NCBI GenBank assembly: GCA_019637435.1
Contig: JAHBVO010000002.1
Span: 657,519 to 721,518 of the forward strand
From: Candidatus Obscuribacterales bacterium
GTDB lineage: Bacteria; Cyanobacteriota; Vampirovibrionia; Obscuribacterales; Obscuribacteraceae
DNA length: 64,000 nt
Direction of reading: 5' to 3'
The notes beneath the pieces were generated by a model. That model did no database searches. It saw nothing but the letters and a program-made list of their open reading frames with translations, and was not told where the DNA came from. This document shows positions 8,296 to 18,254 of this stretch, in pieces (within the stretch, counting starts at the first letter, position 1; the number at the start of each line of letters is the position of its first letter). Position numbers and translations under genes: made by a program.

Positions 8296-9330
8296 CTAAG
8301 GTTCCGAAACCTTGATCAACAATTTGCCGACGTTGCCGCCGTCGAAGAGTTTGTTCAATGCAGTCGGTGCATTTTCCAGACCATCCACGATTGTTTCTCT
8401 ATGCTTGATTTTTCCTTGCGCGATCCAACCTGCTAATTTCGTAATCGCTTCAACATTTTTTTCTGCAAAGTCCATGACGATAAAACCTTGAATGCGAATT
8501 CGTTTCATCAACGCCTTCGCAAGCGGCAAGCGCGTTTTGGAGTCGTCTGTTTCGTTGTAGCCGGAAATCAAACCGCACAGAACCATTCTGCTGAACAGAT
8601 TCATTCGATCGTAAACCGCCTCCATTATTTCGCCGCCGACATTTTCGAAATTGATGTCAACGCCATTCGGTGTGGCTGCTTCTAGCTGTTTCTTCCAGTT
8701 GGAATTTTTGTAGTCGATGGCAGCGTCGAAACCAAGTTCCTTAGTCAGCCAGTTGCATTTTTCTTCACCGCCGGCGATACCAACTACGCGCAAACCGTGA
8801 ATTTTGCCAAGTTGACCGACAATGCTTCCAACCGCTCCAGCTGCGGCGGAAACGACTAGAGTCTCACCCTCTTTAGGGCTCCCCAGTTCGAGTAGACCAA
8901 AATATGCGGTGAGACCAGTCATGCCGGCTGCGCCTCCAAATACTTGCAGGGGAACTCCCGCTACATTAGGAAGTTTCGCCAGGCTCTTACTTTCAGCCTC
9001 ATCTGCATGATAGTAATCTTGCCAGCCCAACAAACCGCTGACGTAATCGCCTTCCTTGAAATTGGGATTGTTTGATTTCTCGACTTTGCCGATGCCCAAT
9101 CCACGCATCACCTCTCCGATCTGTACTGGTGGCATGTACTGATCCACATCGCTCATCCAGATTCGGTTGGTTGGGTCAAGAGAGAGGTAGACAACTCTGA
9201 CGAGAACCTCGTTCCCGCCCAATTCCGGAATGTCTTCCTCGCGGAAATCGAAGTTATCCGGCGAGACGCGTTCGACAGGACGTGTTTTCAATCGAAATTG
9301 GCGGTTCTTGGTTTTAGTCGTGCTTGTCAT
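8296..9330 (-). CDS. NADP-dependent oxidoreductase, medium-chain dehydrogenase/reductase family (YncB / alkenal reductase-like)
   Basis: 344 aa with Rossmann motif VSAAAGAVGSIVGQLGK. The overall pattern is typical of zinc-independent MDR enone reductases. Confidence 0.85.
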   Translation of the reverse strand: MTSTTKTKNRQFRLKTRPVERVSPDNFDFREEDIPELGGNEVLVRVVYLSLDPTNRIWMSDVDQYMPPVQIGEVMRGLGIGKVEKSNNPNFKEGDYVSGLLGWQDYYHADEAESKSLAKLPNVAGVPLQVFGGAAGMTGLTAYFGLLELGSPKEGETLVVSAAAGAVGSIVGQLGKIHGLRVVGIAGGEEKCNWLTKELGFDAAIDYKNSNWKKQLEAATPNGVDINFENVGGEIMEAVYDRMNLFSRMVLCGLISGYNETDDSKTRLPLAKALMKRIRIQGFIVMDFAEKNVEAITKLAGWIAQGKIKHRETIVDGLENAPTALNKLFDGGNVGKLLIKVSEP

Positions 9331-9647
9331 ACGCTTACCCTCATCTTTCTATTGGTTATCTCATCGGCGCGGCGCAAAAGCATACCAGAACCAGGCAAAG
9401 GCTGCGTTAGTTCGCTTCGTTCACACTCGTAAGGTCGCCGGCTCGCTGATGCCGTTGGATTTAATGTAGCTGCGGTCGGTGTTAAACCCAAGCGCAACCA
9501 ATGTTTCACTCCTGTCGAAAGTTTATGAGCGATTCCAAGTGACTAACGGTGGGGTCCGATGGGCATATGATGAAAGGCGGTAAAAAGCCAGCGTTTTTGG
9601 CAAGTTCCGGCTTGTCGTGAATGTTCGGATAATTGGAGGTTGGCGAC

Positions 9648-9917
9648 ATGAGCGAAAAGCACAGAAGAGAAATGGAACAGCAGGCTATCGCCCGCGCGGA
9701 GCGAGAGCGTGAAGAGCGAAGACGGCGTGAAGAAGCCGAACGGCAGCGCAATAAGAAGGAGCACGAACGTTATCGTATGCAAATGATGGCTGTCGATAAA
9801 CAGAATGCCAACAAGAAGCAAGAAGAGTTGGACATCGCCAAGAAAAACGATGCGATGATGGACGAATTAGAGCGCCAGAAAGAAGAAGAGCGTTTGCGGA
9901 AAATTTTTGGCGATTAA
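9648..9917 (+). CDS. Hypothetical highly charged coiled-coil protein
   Basis: E/R/K-rich ORF (REREERRRREEAERQRNKKEHERYR). ggagg lies 9 nt upstream of the ATG at 9648, and a clean terminator follows. Confidence 0.5.
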   Translation: MSEKHRREMEQQAIARAEREREERRRREEAERQRNKKEHERYRMQMMAVDKQNANKKQEELDIAKKNDAMMDELERQKEEERLRKIFGD

Positions 9918-9937
9918 ACCAAATCATCACAAGTCTT

Positions 9938-9975
9938 AGCACCGCACTCTGATTTCAGGGGCGGTGCTTTTGTTT
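9938..9975 (+). terminator. Intrinsic terminator
   Basis: Stem agcaccgc (9938-9945) pairs with gcggtgct (9961-9968), followed by tttgttt. Confidence 0.7.
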
Positions 9976-10035
9976 GCGCTAAAATCTCTGCTCTGAAACC
10001 AATTTTGTTTCAGTTGTTGTATGCAGGAGGCTAGC

Positions 10036-10662
10036 ATGAAAAAACAGTATCTGGCTTCGATTGTCTCTCTGACGATCGCGATTATGGGCGCAGCTTGTAC
10101 TGGCGCGAACGCTGGAGATGAAACTGCTAACACTGCCGATACGAATTCAGAGACCCCAGTTGAAGCAGGTAAGAACGAAGGGAGTGTGAAGAGAATGGGA
10201 TCGATTTACGATTTTGAAGCAAAGGCATTGAGCGGTGAAGAGATAAAATTTGATAAGTACAAAGATCATGTTCTTCTCATCGTCAACACTGCCAGCGCAT
10301 GTGGTTACACGCCTCAATATAAAGGATTAGAAGAACTGCACCAGAAGTTCAACTCCAAAGGATTGGACGTACTCGGTTTTCCCTGCAACCAATTCGGCGC
10401 TCAGGAGCCTGGCGATAACCACGCAATCGCTAACTTCTGCCAGAAGAATTACGGCGTCGATTTTCAGATGTTCGACAAAGTTGATGTTAACGGTGCCGGA
10501 GCTCATCCTCTCTGGAAATATCTTACGGACGGTCAAGACATCAAATGGAATTTCACCAAATTCTTGATCAACAAAAAGGGCGAGGTTGTTCAACGCTATG
10601 AGTCGAAAGTAACACCGGAACAAATTCAGGCGGATATCGAGAAAGCACTGCAAGACGGCTAA
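10036..10662 (+). CDS. gpx: Glutathione peroxidase family protein (Cys type), probable lipoprotein
   Basis: Motifs NTASACGYTPQY, LGFPCNQFGAQEPG and WNFTKFLI. Lipobox-like AIMGAACTG. aggagg precedes the ATG at 10036. Confidence 0.9.
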   Translation: MKKQYLASIVSLTIAIMGAACTGANAGDETANTADTNSETPVEAGKNEGSVKRMGSIYDFEAKALSGEEIKFDKYKDHVLLIVNTASACGYTPQYKGLEELHQKFNSKGLDVLGFPCNQFGAQEPGDNHAIANFCQKNYGVDFQMFDKVDVNGAGAHPLWKYLTDGQDIKWNFTKFLINKKGEVVQRYESKVTPEQIQADIEKALQDG

Positions 10663-10704
10663 CGAGTGTTTCGTCGAAGAGGTCGAAAAATCGAGTTAAA
10701 AAAC

Positions 10705-10738
10705 GAGCGGTACCATCACTGGTGCCGCTCATTTTTCG
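10705..10738. terminator. Bidirectional intrinsic terminator between convergent genes
   Basis: Stem gagcggtacca / tggtgccgctc, followed by atttttcg on the plus strand and GTTTTTTAAC on the minus strand. Confidence 0.7.
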
Positions 10739-10782
10739 TCCTGTTAAACTCGTGGATTAGTTTGAAGGACCTGGAAAGTCAT

Positions 10783-11820
10783 TTAAACCAGAGCAGGCAC
10801 GGGAAGCGGATTGCGCTCCACGAATTGGCGTTGATGCCAGTAAGGATAAATTGGGGTTTTATCACTAGCCCGATCTAATCGTGCAACTTGTTCTTCGGTT
10901 AGATTCCAACCGACCGCTCCAAGGTTTTGCTTCAGCTGCTCTTCGTTGCGTGCACCGATAACAATGTTTGCCACGGTTGGGCGCTGTAGAAGCCAGTTTA
11001 GCGAGATTTGCGGTATCGTCTTACCGGTTTCCGCTGCAATCTCATCGAGAACATCGACAACGTCATACAAATATTCGTTGTCTACCGGAGGGCCAAAATC
11101 TGCTGTCTTGTGTAATCTGCTTACTTCCGGCAGTGGCTCATTGCGGCGGATTTTACCGGTCAGTCGTCCCCAACCAAGCGGGCTCCAAACCATTGTTCCA
11201 ACTTTCTGATCGATGGCGAGCGGCATCAATTCCCATTCGTACTCCCGACCAATGAGCGAGTAATAAGCCTGGTGCGAAATATATTTGCTCCATCCATACT
11301 TCTCTGATGTGTTTAGAGACTTCATCAGATGCCACCCTGAAAAATTCGAGCAGCCGATGTATCGTACTTTGCCGCTTTGAACCAGATTGTCCAAGGTGCT
11401 CAGGACTTCTTCAACCGGTGTCAGTGCGTCAAACCCATGCATGTGGTAGATGTCGATGTAATCGGTGCCGAGTCTTTTAAGGCTGGCATCAACAGCCTTG
11501 ATCAGATGGTGGCGTGATGAACCCAGATCGTTTGGACCATCGTCCATTTTGAACGTCGCTTTTGTCGAGATCAGGGTCTTGTCCCTGCGTTTGCCAATTG
11601 CTTTGCCGAGAATTTCTTCTGACATTCCTCTTGAATAAATATCGGCAGTGTCGAAAAAATTTACCCCGGCATCGAGGCAAAGATCGACGAGACGAGTAGC
11701 CTCTTTAACGTCTGAGTCCCCCCAGGCTTTGAACAATTCCCCGCCACCGCCGAAGGTGGCAGCACCAAAGCTGAGAACCGGGACTTTCAAACCTGAGCCG
11801 CCAAGTTGTCTAAATTCCAT
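10783..11820 (-). CDS. Aldo/keto reductase family oxidoreductase
   Basis: Motifs GVNFFDTADIYSRGMSEEILG and YIDIYHMHGFD. The 345-aa length is typical of Tas/YajO-like AKRs. Confidence 0.9.
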   Translation of the reverse strand: MEFRQLGGSGLKVPVLSFGAATFGGGGELFKAWGDSDVKEATRLVDLCLDAGVNFFDTADIYSRGMSEEILGKAIGKRRDKTLISTKATFKMDDGPNDLGSSRHHLIKAVDASLKRLGTDYIDIYHMHGFDALTPVEEVLSTLDNLVQSGKVRYIGCSNFSGWHLMKSLNTSEKYGWSKYISHQAYYSLIGREYEWELMPLAIDQKVGTMVWSPLGWGRLTGKIRRNEPLPEVSRLHKTADFGPPVDNEYLYDVVDVLDEIAAETGKTIPQISLNWLLQRPTVANIVIGARNEEQLKQNLGAVGWNLTEEQVARLDRASDKTPIYPYWHQRQFVERNPLPVPALV

Positions 11821-12066
11821 GAGTTTTTTACCTGCGTTTCAACCTAATATTTCGCCGCACATGTTGGAACGCCCTCGCTGTTTCTGCGCGAGGATGCCAT
11901 GATGTGCCGCTGTTTAACAGTTGCAACACCATACCAAATGCGTTCGTCTGTCGGATAGTCTGTTTGTATAATAGACCGGTCGTCTATATTTGTCAATACG
12001 CAAGTGTAGTACCATTTACAGCCGATAGAAATAGGGTTGCACGCTTTGTCAGTACGAGGGTTTTTC

Positions 12067-12663
12067 ATGAGCGCTTCACTGAAGATCGGCTTTTTTGTGA
12101 TTGGTTTAGTCACTGTTGTTTTCAACGCTCAAGTAGTCGACGCTCAGTCGCAGAGCTCAACCAAATCCGTATCGTCAGTTAACAGACCTCCCGATAAAAA
12201 GAAAACCTGCAAGCGTTTCGTGCAGGAGTTCTACAACTACTATGTGCCGCTTGTCGGCGGTGAGGGACCGACTGCGGAAAAGGCAATCGAAGAGAAGAAG
12301 GCGTTATTCGGGCAAGACCTCTACAAGAAGTTGAAGGAAGACTTCGATGCCCAGGCTAAGGTAACCGGTGAAATTGTCGGTCTGGATTTCGACCCATTTC
12401 TCAACTCGCAGGATCCGGCTCCACGCTATGTTGTTGGTGAGGTCACCGAGAGAGCGGGACATTACAGTGCGGCCGTGCACAGCGTATCTTCAGATGGAAA
12501 GAGAAATCCTAAACCGGATGTGGTACCGGAATTGGTGCAGAAAAACAACAAATGGATCTTTCTCAATTTTCATTACGGCAAGAGCTCTTTTCCAGAAAAT
12601 GAGAATCTGTTGAGCGTTCTCAAAGCGTTGAGCGATAGCAGAAAAAAGAATCCGGCACCGTAG
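12067..12663 (+). CDS. Hypothetical secreted protein (possibly DUF3828-like)
   Basis: Signal-like N-terminus MSASLKIGFFVIGLVTVVFNAQVVDA. The motif DFDPFLNSQD resembles DUF3828 proteins, but this is weak recall only. Confidence 0.5.
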   Translation: MSASLKIGFFVIGLVTVVFNAQVVDAQSQSSTKSVSSVNRPPDKKKTCKRFVQEFYNYYVPLVGGEGPTAEKAIEEKKALFGQDLYKKLKEDFDAQAKVTGEIVGLDFDPFLNSQDPAPRYVVGEVTERAGHYSAAVHSVSSDGKRNPKPDVVPELVQKNNKWIFLNFHYGKSSFPENENLLSVLKALSDSRKKNPAP

Positions 12664-12800
12664 TCTGCGAGACTGTCAGCGCCTTTCGTTCTCAAACCTT
12701 TCTGTACTGTTAAGAGTACAAAGAAATATCCGCTTATATGGAACAAAACGGAAAGTAGCCTCCTCTAGAAAAAAGACTTAAAACAGTTTTACAGGAGGCC

Positions 12801-13130
12801 ATGATGAGGAGAGTAGTTACTTTGGCTGTTATAGCCGGAATGTTTGCAACCGGATTTTTCCAATCGGCAGACGCGAAAAAGTGGACAATATACCAACGCC
12901 AGGCGGCGCTCAATAAGCGCGTTTCAGCAGCAGAGAGAGCGAAAGAACTGACGTTCAAAGAAGCGCAGAGTTTCAAGGATGACCTTGCCGACATCGAAGA
13001 AGATAAGTGCAAGATGATCACCAAGAACAATGGCAAGCTCAGCTACGAAGACGAAGAGAAGCTAGAAAAGCGACTCAACAAAGTAAGCGTCAAGATCCAA
13101 GATAAGAAACTTGAGAAGCGTCTTCGCTAA
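12801..13130 (+). CDS. Hypothetical secreted coiled-coil protein
   Basis: aggagg SD immediately upstream. Signal peptide RRVVTLAVIAGMFATGFFQSADA followed by K/E-rich helix-forming sequence. Confidence 0.5.
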   Translation: MMRRVVTLAVIAGMFATGFFQSADAKKWTIYQRQAALNKRVSAAERAKELTFKEAQSFKDDLADIEEDKCKMITKNNGKLSYEDEEKLEKRLNKVSVKIQDKKLEKRLR

Positions 13131-13145
13131 CATTGCCTGAGAAAG

Positions 13146-14162
13146 TTAGCTGCCTTTGAGGAAATCGAAGCGAGGAAGATCCATCGATCTTGTATATTCG
13201 CTATCGTCTTCGAACTTCATGATCTGTCCGACTGTCCGGCGGATTCCGGCGCAGATATTGTCTAACGGAAGGTCATCTCCATCATATCCGAACGGATCTT
13301 CGATGTCTTCCGCGATTAATTCGATTCCCACCAGGAAATAGGTTGCCGTTAATACAAGCGGCAAGCACCACCACATCGAAAAACTCTGTGACATGTACCA
13401 GGGCATCGCGAGCAGATTGAGCGCGATCCCCTGTCGCATGAAGGCTCTGTACGAAATCGCAATCGGACTGTTTTTAATCCGTTCGCAGCCCCCGGCGATA
13501 TCCATGAACGCGAGTGCGTGACGGTCAAACTGAAGCATGAGCATGCCGTCGACCTGGCCATCTCGACGCCATTTTTGCATTAATTCGAATATTTTCCCGG
13601 CGATGTGAACAGGGATGTTCTGGGCATCTACATCTGATACCACTCCCACTCCCGGAAGTGGGCGACTCGGTTTCGTGCCGCGCAAATGATGTTTTAGCGC
13701 GTATGCGAAAGAGATCACGAGCTCTCCCAGGCGAGCTTTGTCAGTATTTCTGATACCGTCTATGGAGCGTACCTTCAAACAAATGTTGCGAGAATCATTG
13801 ACCAGTTGTCCCCAGAGCTTTCGACCTTCCCACCAGCGTTCATATGCCGAATTGGTGCGGAATACCAGCAGCAAACCAAGTATGATACCGCTGGAAGAAA
13901 CAGCGCTGAATTCTTTGAACATGTGCGCCGGGAAGGTTTCCTCGGCAAACCAGTCAACTGCAATTGTGTAAACAGCCATTATTGCTACCCACACCCAGAT
14001 TCGCTTCACGACCGGAATTTTGTGCATGAGAACGAACGGGCGAGTCCATGAACGAATCCCTTTGATAAAACCGGGAGGTTCAGGTTGGCTCGATGGTGCG
14101 GTTGTAAAAGACAGCTCGATGTCGTCGGCGTCATCGAAACTGGGTGAAGCTGTAGAGGACAC
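13146..14162 (-). CDS. Bestrophin-family (UPF0187/YneE-like) anion channel
   Basis: Family hallmark FRTNSAYERWWEGRKLWG, plus several TM segments. Confidence 0.8.
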   Translation of the reverse strand: MSSTASPSFDDADDIELSFTTAPSSQPEPPGFIKGIRSWTRPFVLMHKIPVVKRIWVWVAIMAVYTIAVDWFAEETFPAHMFKEFSAVSSSGIILGLLLVFRTNSAYERWWEGRKLWGQLVNDSRNICLKVRSIDGIRNTDKARLGELVISFAYALKHHLRGTKPSRPLPGVGVVSDVDAQNIPVHIAGKIFELMQKWRRDGQVDGMLMLQFDRHALAFMDIAGGCERIKNSPIAISYRAFMRQGIALNLLAMPWYMSQSFSMWWCLPLVLTATYFLVGIELIAEDIEDPFGYDGDDLPLDNICAGIRRTVGQIMKFEDDSEYTRSMDLPRFDFLKGS

Positions 14163-14367
14163 AGTTGACTTCCTTGTGCTTGACTCCGTCTGATTATTCC
14201 TTATCAGGGAGTTCTTGCCAAGCAGCGAGGCTCTGATACGTCAATCTTCGCAACAGGAGGACCGGAGTTACTCGCTGAAACCTTGACTGGTTCAGCGATT
14301 GCGTGAATGTTAGATTGGATTCTATGAACTTCAGGTGAACAATTTCATCCGGCTGATTAGCGCGGGT

Positions 14368-15360
14368 TCAGGAGTCTGGATCCAATTTTTTCAATTCTAA
14401 GAACGGTTTGTCCGGCTGCGGCGTCACGTCCTCCAGCACCTCATCTCCGGTCGCTTCTTCCAGAGGTACATCGGAATCGATGCTGAAGAGAATGTCTCTC
14501 AGATGATGAGTCATCAACTCAGCTACTGTTGATACATCATCAATCATGCTTATCTGATCGGCTAAATCGTCGAGAGTCATCACCTTCGCGTTAACTGCGA
14601 CACCACATACGATATCAAGCTTCAGCTTCTCTCTCTTCGAATTGTGCGGTTCTAAATGCCCACGTTGGATCCAGTTGCGTTCCATCGCCTGCGCTCGAGT
14701 CAGACCGGACGAATCATGAAGGCTCGAATGCATAAACCGCCAGACGCTTTCCGGAAAACTAGTTTCACTGTTTGTGGGACGCCCGAAAAGTTCGGCAAGA
14801 ACTGTCGGGCTTCCCTCTCGAATGGCTTTAGAACCGGACTGTTGCTTCAAAGAATAAGTCGACATGCCTGTGGACACTACGCCGGACATCATCTGATTGA
14901 AGTTACCAGGGAACGGTGAAATAGAATCGGTGAAACCCAAAATCGAACCTATTGTGTTCAATGTGCCTGATGCGATGAAATTTATTGCGTTGTTGTACTC
15001 GATGGCACGGTCTCGGCGTTGCTCGAGCATGTCCTGTATGGCGATGAGCAGACCTTGTTCACGGTCCGCCTCTGCTTGCACGCTGGCTGCGTCAAAATAC
15101 GCCTCCAAAACGGTTTCCAGGATTTTCGAACGTAGCATCGCGCGACGCTCCGTAGATGCTACGGGTTTTTTGTAGAGCTCTTGAAGTAGTGGAAGAATCT
15201 CAAGCTTTTCGGCGAGGTCACGAGTTTGAGCCGAAAGCGTGTGCACCTTGACGACGTGAAACAGTTCACGGTGAGGACGCTCGGCTAGTCTGCTCTGGGC
15301 GCGTAGCGGCTGTACCGTCAGTGTCAGCAGCGCTAGCAAGCAGAGGGCGAACCTGGACAT
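14368..15360 (-). CDS. Hypothetical secreted protein
   Basis: 330-aa ORF with signal peptide MSRFALCLLALLTLTVQPLRAQ. No recognised domain. Confidence 0.5.
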   Translation of the reverse strand: MSRFALCLLALLTLTVQPLRAQSRLAERPHRELFHVVKVHTLSAQTRDLAEKLEILPLLQELYKKPVASTERRAMLRSKILETVLEAYFDAASVQAEADREQGLLIAIQDMLEQRRDRAIEYNNAINFIASGTLNTIGSILGFTDSISPFPGNFNQMMSGVVSTGMSTYSLKQQSGSKAIREGSPTVLAELFGRPTNSETSFPESVWRFMHSSLHDSSGLTRAQAMERNWIQRGHLEPHNSKREKLKLDIVCGVAVNAKVMTLDDLADQISMIDDVSTVAELMTHHLRDILFSIDSDVPLEEATGDEVLEDVTPQPDKPFLELKKLDPDS

Positions 15361-15474
15361 GAAAATGCTCCAATCCGATTACCAAAATCAGCAGCGCAAG
15401 CATAGCAAAATTGAGGGTAGACTTGAAGCTCGCTATAGTTTTTGAGAAGCGGTTTTACTCGTTTTGAGGGCGTC

Positions 15475-16350
15475 ATGGTAAAAGCTGAGCACGCGTTAAA
15501 AGTTGGGGCGAAATTGGGGGAGGGACCGCTGTGGCGTGCGCGGGAAAACGCTCTTTATTGGTTGGATATCGTGAACTGCGCTATTCACAGATGGGAGCCG
15601 GCGACCGGCAAGCGGGATACGGCGACATTCAATCAGTGGGTCTGCGCCCTGGTCTCGTGCGACGACGGCCGATTGGTCGGCGCTGTCGAAGATGGGCTTG
15701 CATTCCTAGATTTTGCAACTGGAACTTTTGAGATTATTGCGAATCCGCTTCCGGATCGCACTATGCGTTTTAACGATGCGTCTGCCGATCGACTGGGGCG
15801 GTTGTGGACTGGGACGATGCAGAGGGAGAACCAGAAACCGGTGGCATCGTTTTACAAGCTCGATCGTGATTTGAGCCTTACTGAAATGGATTACGGTTTG
15901 TCGCTTTCGAACGGGATTGGTTTCAGTCCGGATGATTCGATTTTATATCTTTCAGATTCGGTACAGAACTCAGTCTTCGCTTACGACTTCGATCTGGAGC
16001 ATGGCACAATCGCGAACAAGCGCCAGTTAATATGGGTCGATCCAAAGCGTGATGGCTATCCTGATGGTCTGACTGTTGACGCCGAAGGGTTTATCTGGCT
16101 TTGTCATTATGATGGTTGGAAAGTAACTCGCCATGCGCCAGATGGCAAACAGGTCGATTCTATCGACATGCCGGTACCGCGTCCGACAAGTTGCATGTTT
16201 GGTGGCGCAAATTTGACGGAGCTGTATATTACATCAGCTATCGAGGACTTGAGCGTTGAACAGCTCGAGAATGCTCCGATGAGTGGTGACGTGTTTGTGG
16301 CGACGCTACCCGTTCCAGGGACTCCGGAGTTCACATTCAGACCTGGTTAA
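15475..16350 (+). CDS. SMP-30/gluconolactonase/LRE family protein
   Basis: Motifs GEGPLW..ALYWLDI, SNGIGFSPD and PDGLTVDAEGFIW indicate a six-bladed propeller lactonase. The ATG at 15475 is preceded by gaggg. Confidence 0.85.
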   Translation: MVKAEHALKVGAKLGEGPLWRARENALYWLDIVNCAIHRWEPATGKRDTATFNQWVCALVSCDDGRLVGAVEDGLAFLDFATGTFEIIANPLPDRTMRFNDASADRLGRLWTGTMQRENQKPVASFYKLDRDLSLTEMDYGLSLSNGIGFSPDDSILYLSDSVQNSVFAYDFDLEHGTIANKRQLIWVDPKRDGYPDGLTVDAEGFIWLCHYDGWKVTRHAPDGKQVDSIDMPVPRPTSCMFGGANLTELYITSAIEDLSVEQLENAPMSGDVFVATLPVPGTPEFTFRPG

Positions 16351-16367
16351 ACGCGTACGCAACCACA

Positions 16368-18254
16368 TCAAGACCGAGGCAACGTGAACCAGAAAATGCT
16401 TCCGGTTTTTTCAGGGGATTTCGAAGATTCTTTAGCAACAACAGGCTTTGCAAACGGTTCTGCTGACTGTCTTTCTATTTTTCCGGTCTGACTTTGAACG
16501 TCATGCATCGATGTGCCCGAAACGCCAATTTTGCCGCCATGAGCATCGACTATCAATTTGCAGATTGCTAAACCCAATCCGGTTCCTTCTTTGGATCTTT
16601 GAGATGGAACCTCGAAAAATGCGTCAAAGATTTGCTCTCGATATTCGATTGGCACTCCGGGACCGCTGTCGATTACGCGAATCTCGACGGTTGAGGAAGT
16701 CCAGGCCGCAACTAATTCTACCTCACTTCCGCTTGGTGCATGGCCGATTGCATTGCTCAACAAATTAACCAGAAGCTGTTGAAGTTTGTTTCTGTCACCA
16801 TATACGGTGGTGGATGCATCGGGTAAAACTAAACTGATCGCTTTTTCTTTTGCGTCGGACTTGACCGCTTCAATCGCCGAATCAATTAGCTCTTGAAGTT
16901 CGAAGTTGACTCGTTCCAGCTGCATACGCCCGGACTTCAGCTTTTGGAAGTCCAGCAGATCATTGATAAAGTCAACGAGCTGCTCCACGTTTCTTACAGC
17001 CGATTCAATTTCGGTTTGGGCTTCCGCCGGTAGCGGTCCTTTGGCTCCCTGCTCGATCATTCCGAGCGATCCAAGCATTGATGTTAAAGGACTTCGCAGG
17101 TCATGGCTGATCATATCTACGAAATCTTGCTTAAGTCGCTCGATGTTTTTCTCCTCAGTAATGTCGCGAACAAGGGCGAAAAGCGCGTCGTCTCTCTCCG
17201 ACCATACGCATGACCACCGAGTGTCGACGGGCGAGCCATCTGTGCGTAAAAGAGTTAACTCAAATGTTCTCATGTCATTGCGTTCGACCGAGGTTCGGAT
17301 TTCGTCATCTGCCTTGACGGTGTCTTCGGGACGGCAGATATCCAGAAGTGATTTCGTGAGTAGATCTTCCTGCGAATACCCTAGTAAGCTGCTACATGAT
17401 CTGTTGGCTTTCAAAAATGCACCGTCACCGCTCAGCGAGCAAATCAAATCGCGAGCGTTTTCAATCATTGCCTTCTCTGCGTCCAGCGTGCCGCGCACGC
17501 TATGTGCCATGTTGTGAAACAATCTGTCTAGCCCGCTCAATTCATCGCGACCCGTGAGCGCCGGAAGCAGCTGCTCATCAGTCGCCATTCGCCTGCAGTT
17601 CTCTTGAATGCGTGTTAAAGGTCGCTTGATGGTTATTGCCAGAGCCGTAGCTTGTAGAATGCCAAAGAGCACACTGACAGCGATTGCCAGGTATGGAAGT
17701 TGTTGGAATCGCTCCCACCTTTCGCTCACTGCTGACGCTGCGATAGTATTTTTCTCTGCGCGGATCAAAGTGGTAAATTTGGTCAGGAATTCATCGCAGA
17801 GAGCTACCAGGCGAAACGGAAAATCGTTGTTGACTCGTTTCCAATGAAGTTCACCGTGACTTTGCGCGTCGAGGAACCAGTCGATGAATGGTTCTCCCTT
17901 GTAAATCCAGAAATCCTGTACCGCCTGTGCCAGTTTTAGTTTCTCAGGCGAATCCTGATAAGTTCGAACAATATCTGCAAGGGTTTTCTTTGTCTGGGCG
18001 AAGCGCTTGAGCGATTCCGTTCTGTCGACCAAACCGTCGTCGGTCGTGCTGGTCCTCAATTCGCAGAATGCCTCGATGACCTCGCTCTCAAGTTTATAGC
18101 CCGTATTGACGTGCTTCCAGGAACGGGTCTCATCTTCCACCGACTCGATCACCTGATTCATCTGCATGAGGAGCACTACAGACAGTACCACGAGGCAGGC
18201 TAGTGGCACTAGAGTAAAAACGACTATTTGAAACTTAAGCGTATATGGTTTCAA
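16368..18254 (-). CDS. Membrane sensor histidine kinase (TM sensor, HAMP-like, PAS, HisKA, HATPase)
   Basis: H-box MISHDLRSPLTSM and HATPase motifs (LSNAIGHA, DSGPGVP, GTGLGLAICK). The N-terminus carries a TM helix. Confidence 0.85.
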   Translation of the reverse strand: MKPYTLKFQIVVFTLVPLACLVVLSVVLLMQMNQVIESVEDETRSWKHVNTGYKLESEVIEAFCELRTSTTDDGLVDRTESLKRFAQTKKTLADIVRTYQDSPEKLKLAQAVQDFWIYKGEPFIDWFLDAQSHGELHWKRVNNDFPFRLVALCDEFLTKFTTLIRAEKNTIAASAVSERWERFQQLPYLAIAVSVLFGILQATALAITIKRPLTRIQENCRRMATDEQLLPALTGRDELSGLDRLFHNMAHSVRGTLDAEKAMIENARDLICSLSGDGAFLKANRSCSSLLGYSQEDLLTKSLLDICRPEDTVKADDEIRTSVERNDMRTFELTLLRTDGSPVDTRWSCVWSERDDALFALVRDITEEKNIERLKQDFVDMISHDLRSPLTSMLGSLGMIEQGAKGPLPAEAQTEIESAVRNVEQLVDFINDLLDFQKLKSGRMQLERVNFELQELIDSAIEAVKSDAKEKAISLVLPDASTTVYGDRNKLQQLLVNLLSNAIGHAPSGSEVELVAAWTSSTVEIRVIDSGPGVPIEYREQIFDAFFEVPSQRSKEGTGLGLAICKLIVDAHGGKIGVSGTSMHDVQSQTGKIERQSAEPFAKPVVAKESSKSPEKTGSIFWFTLPRS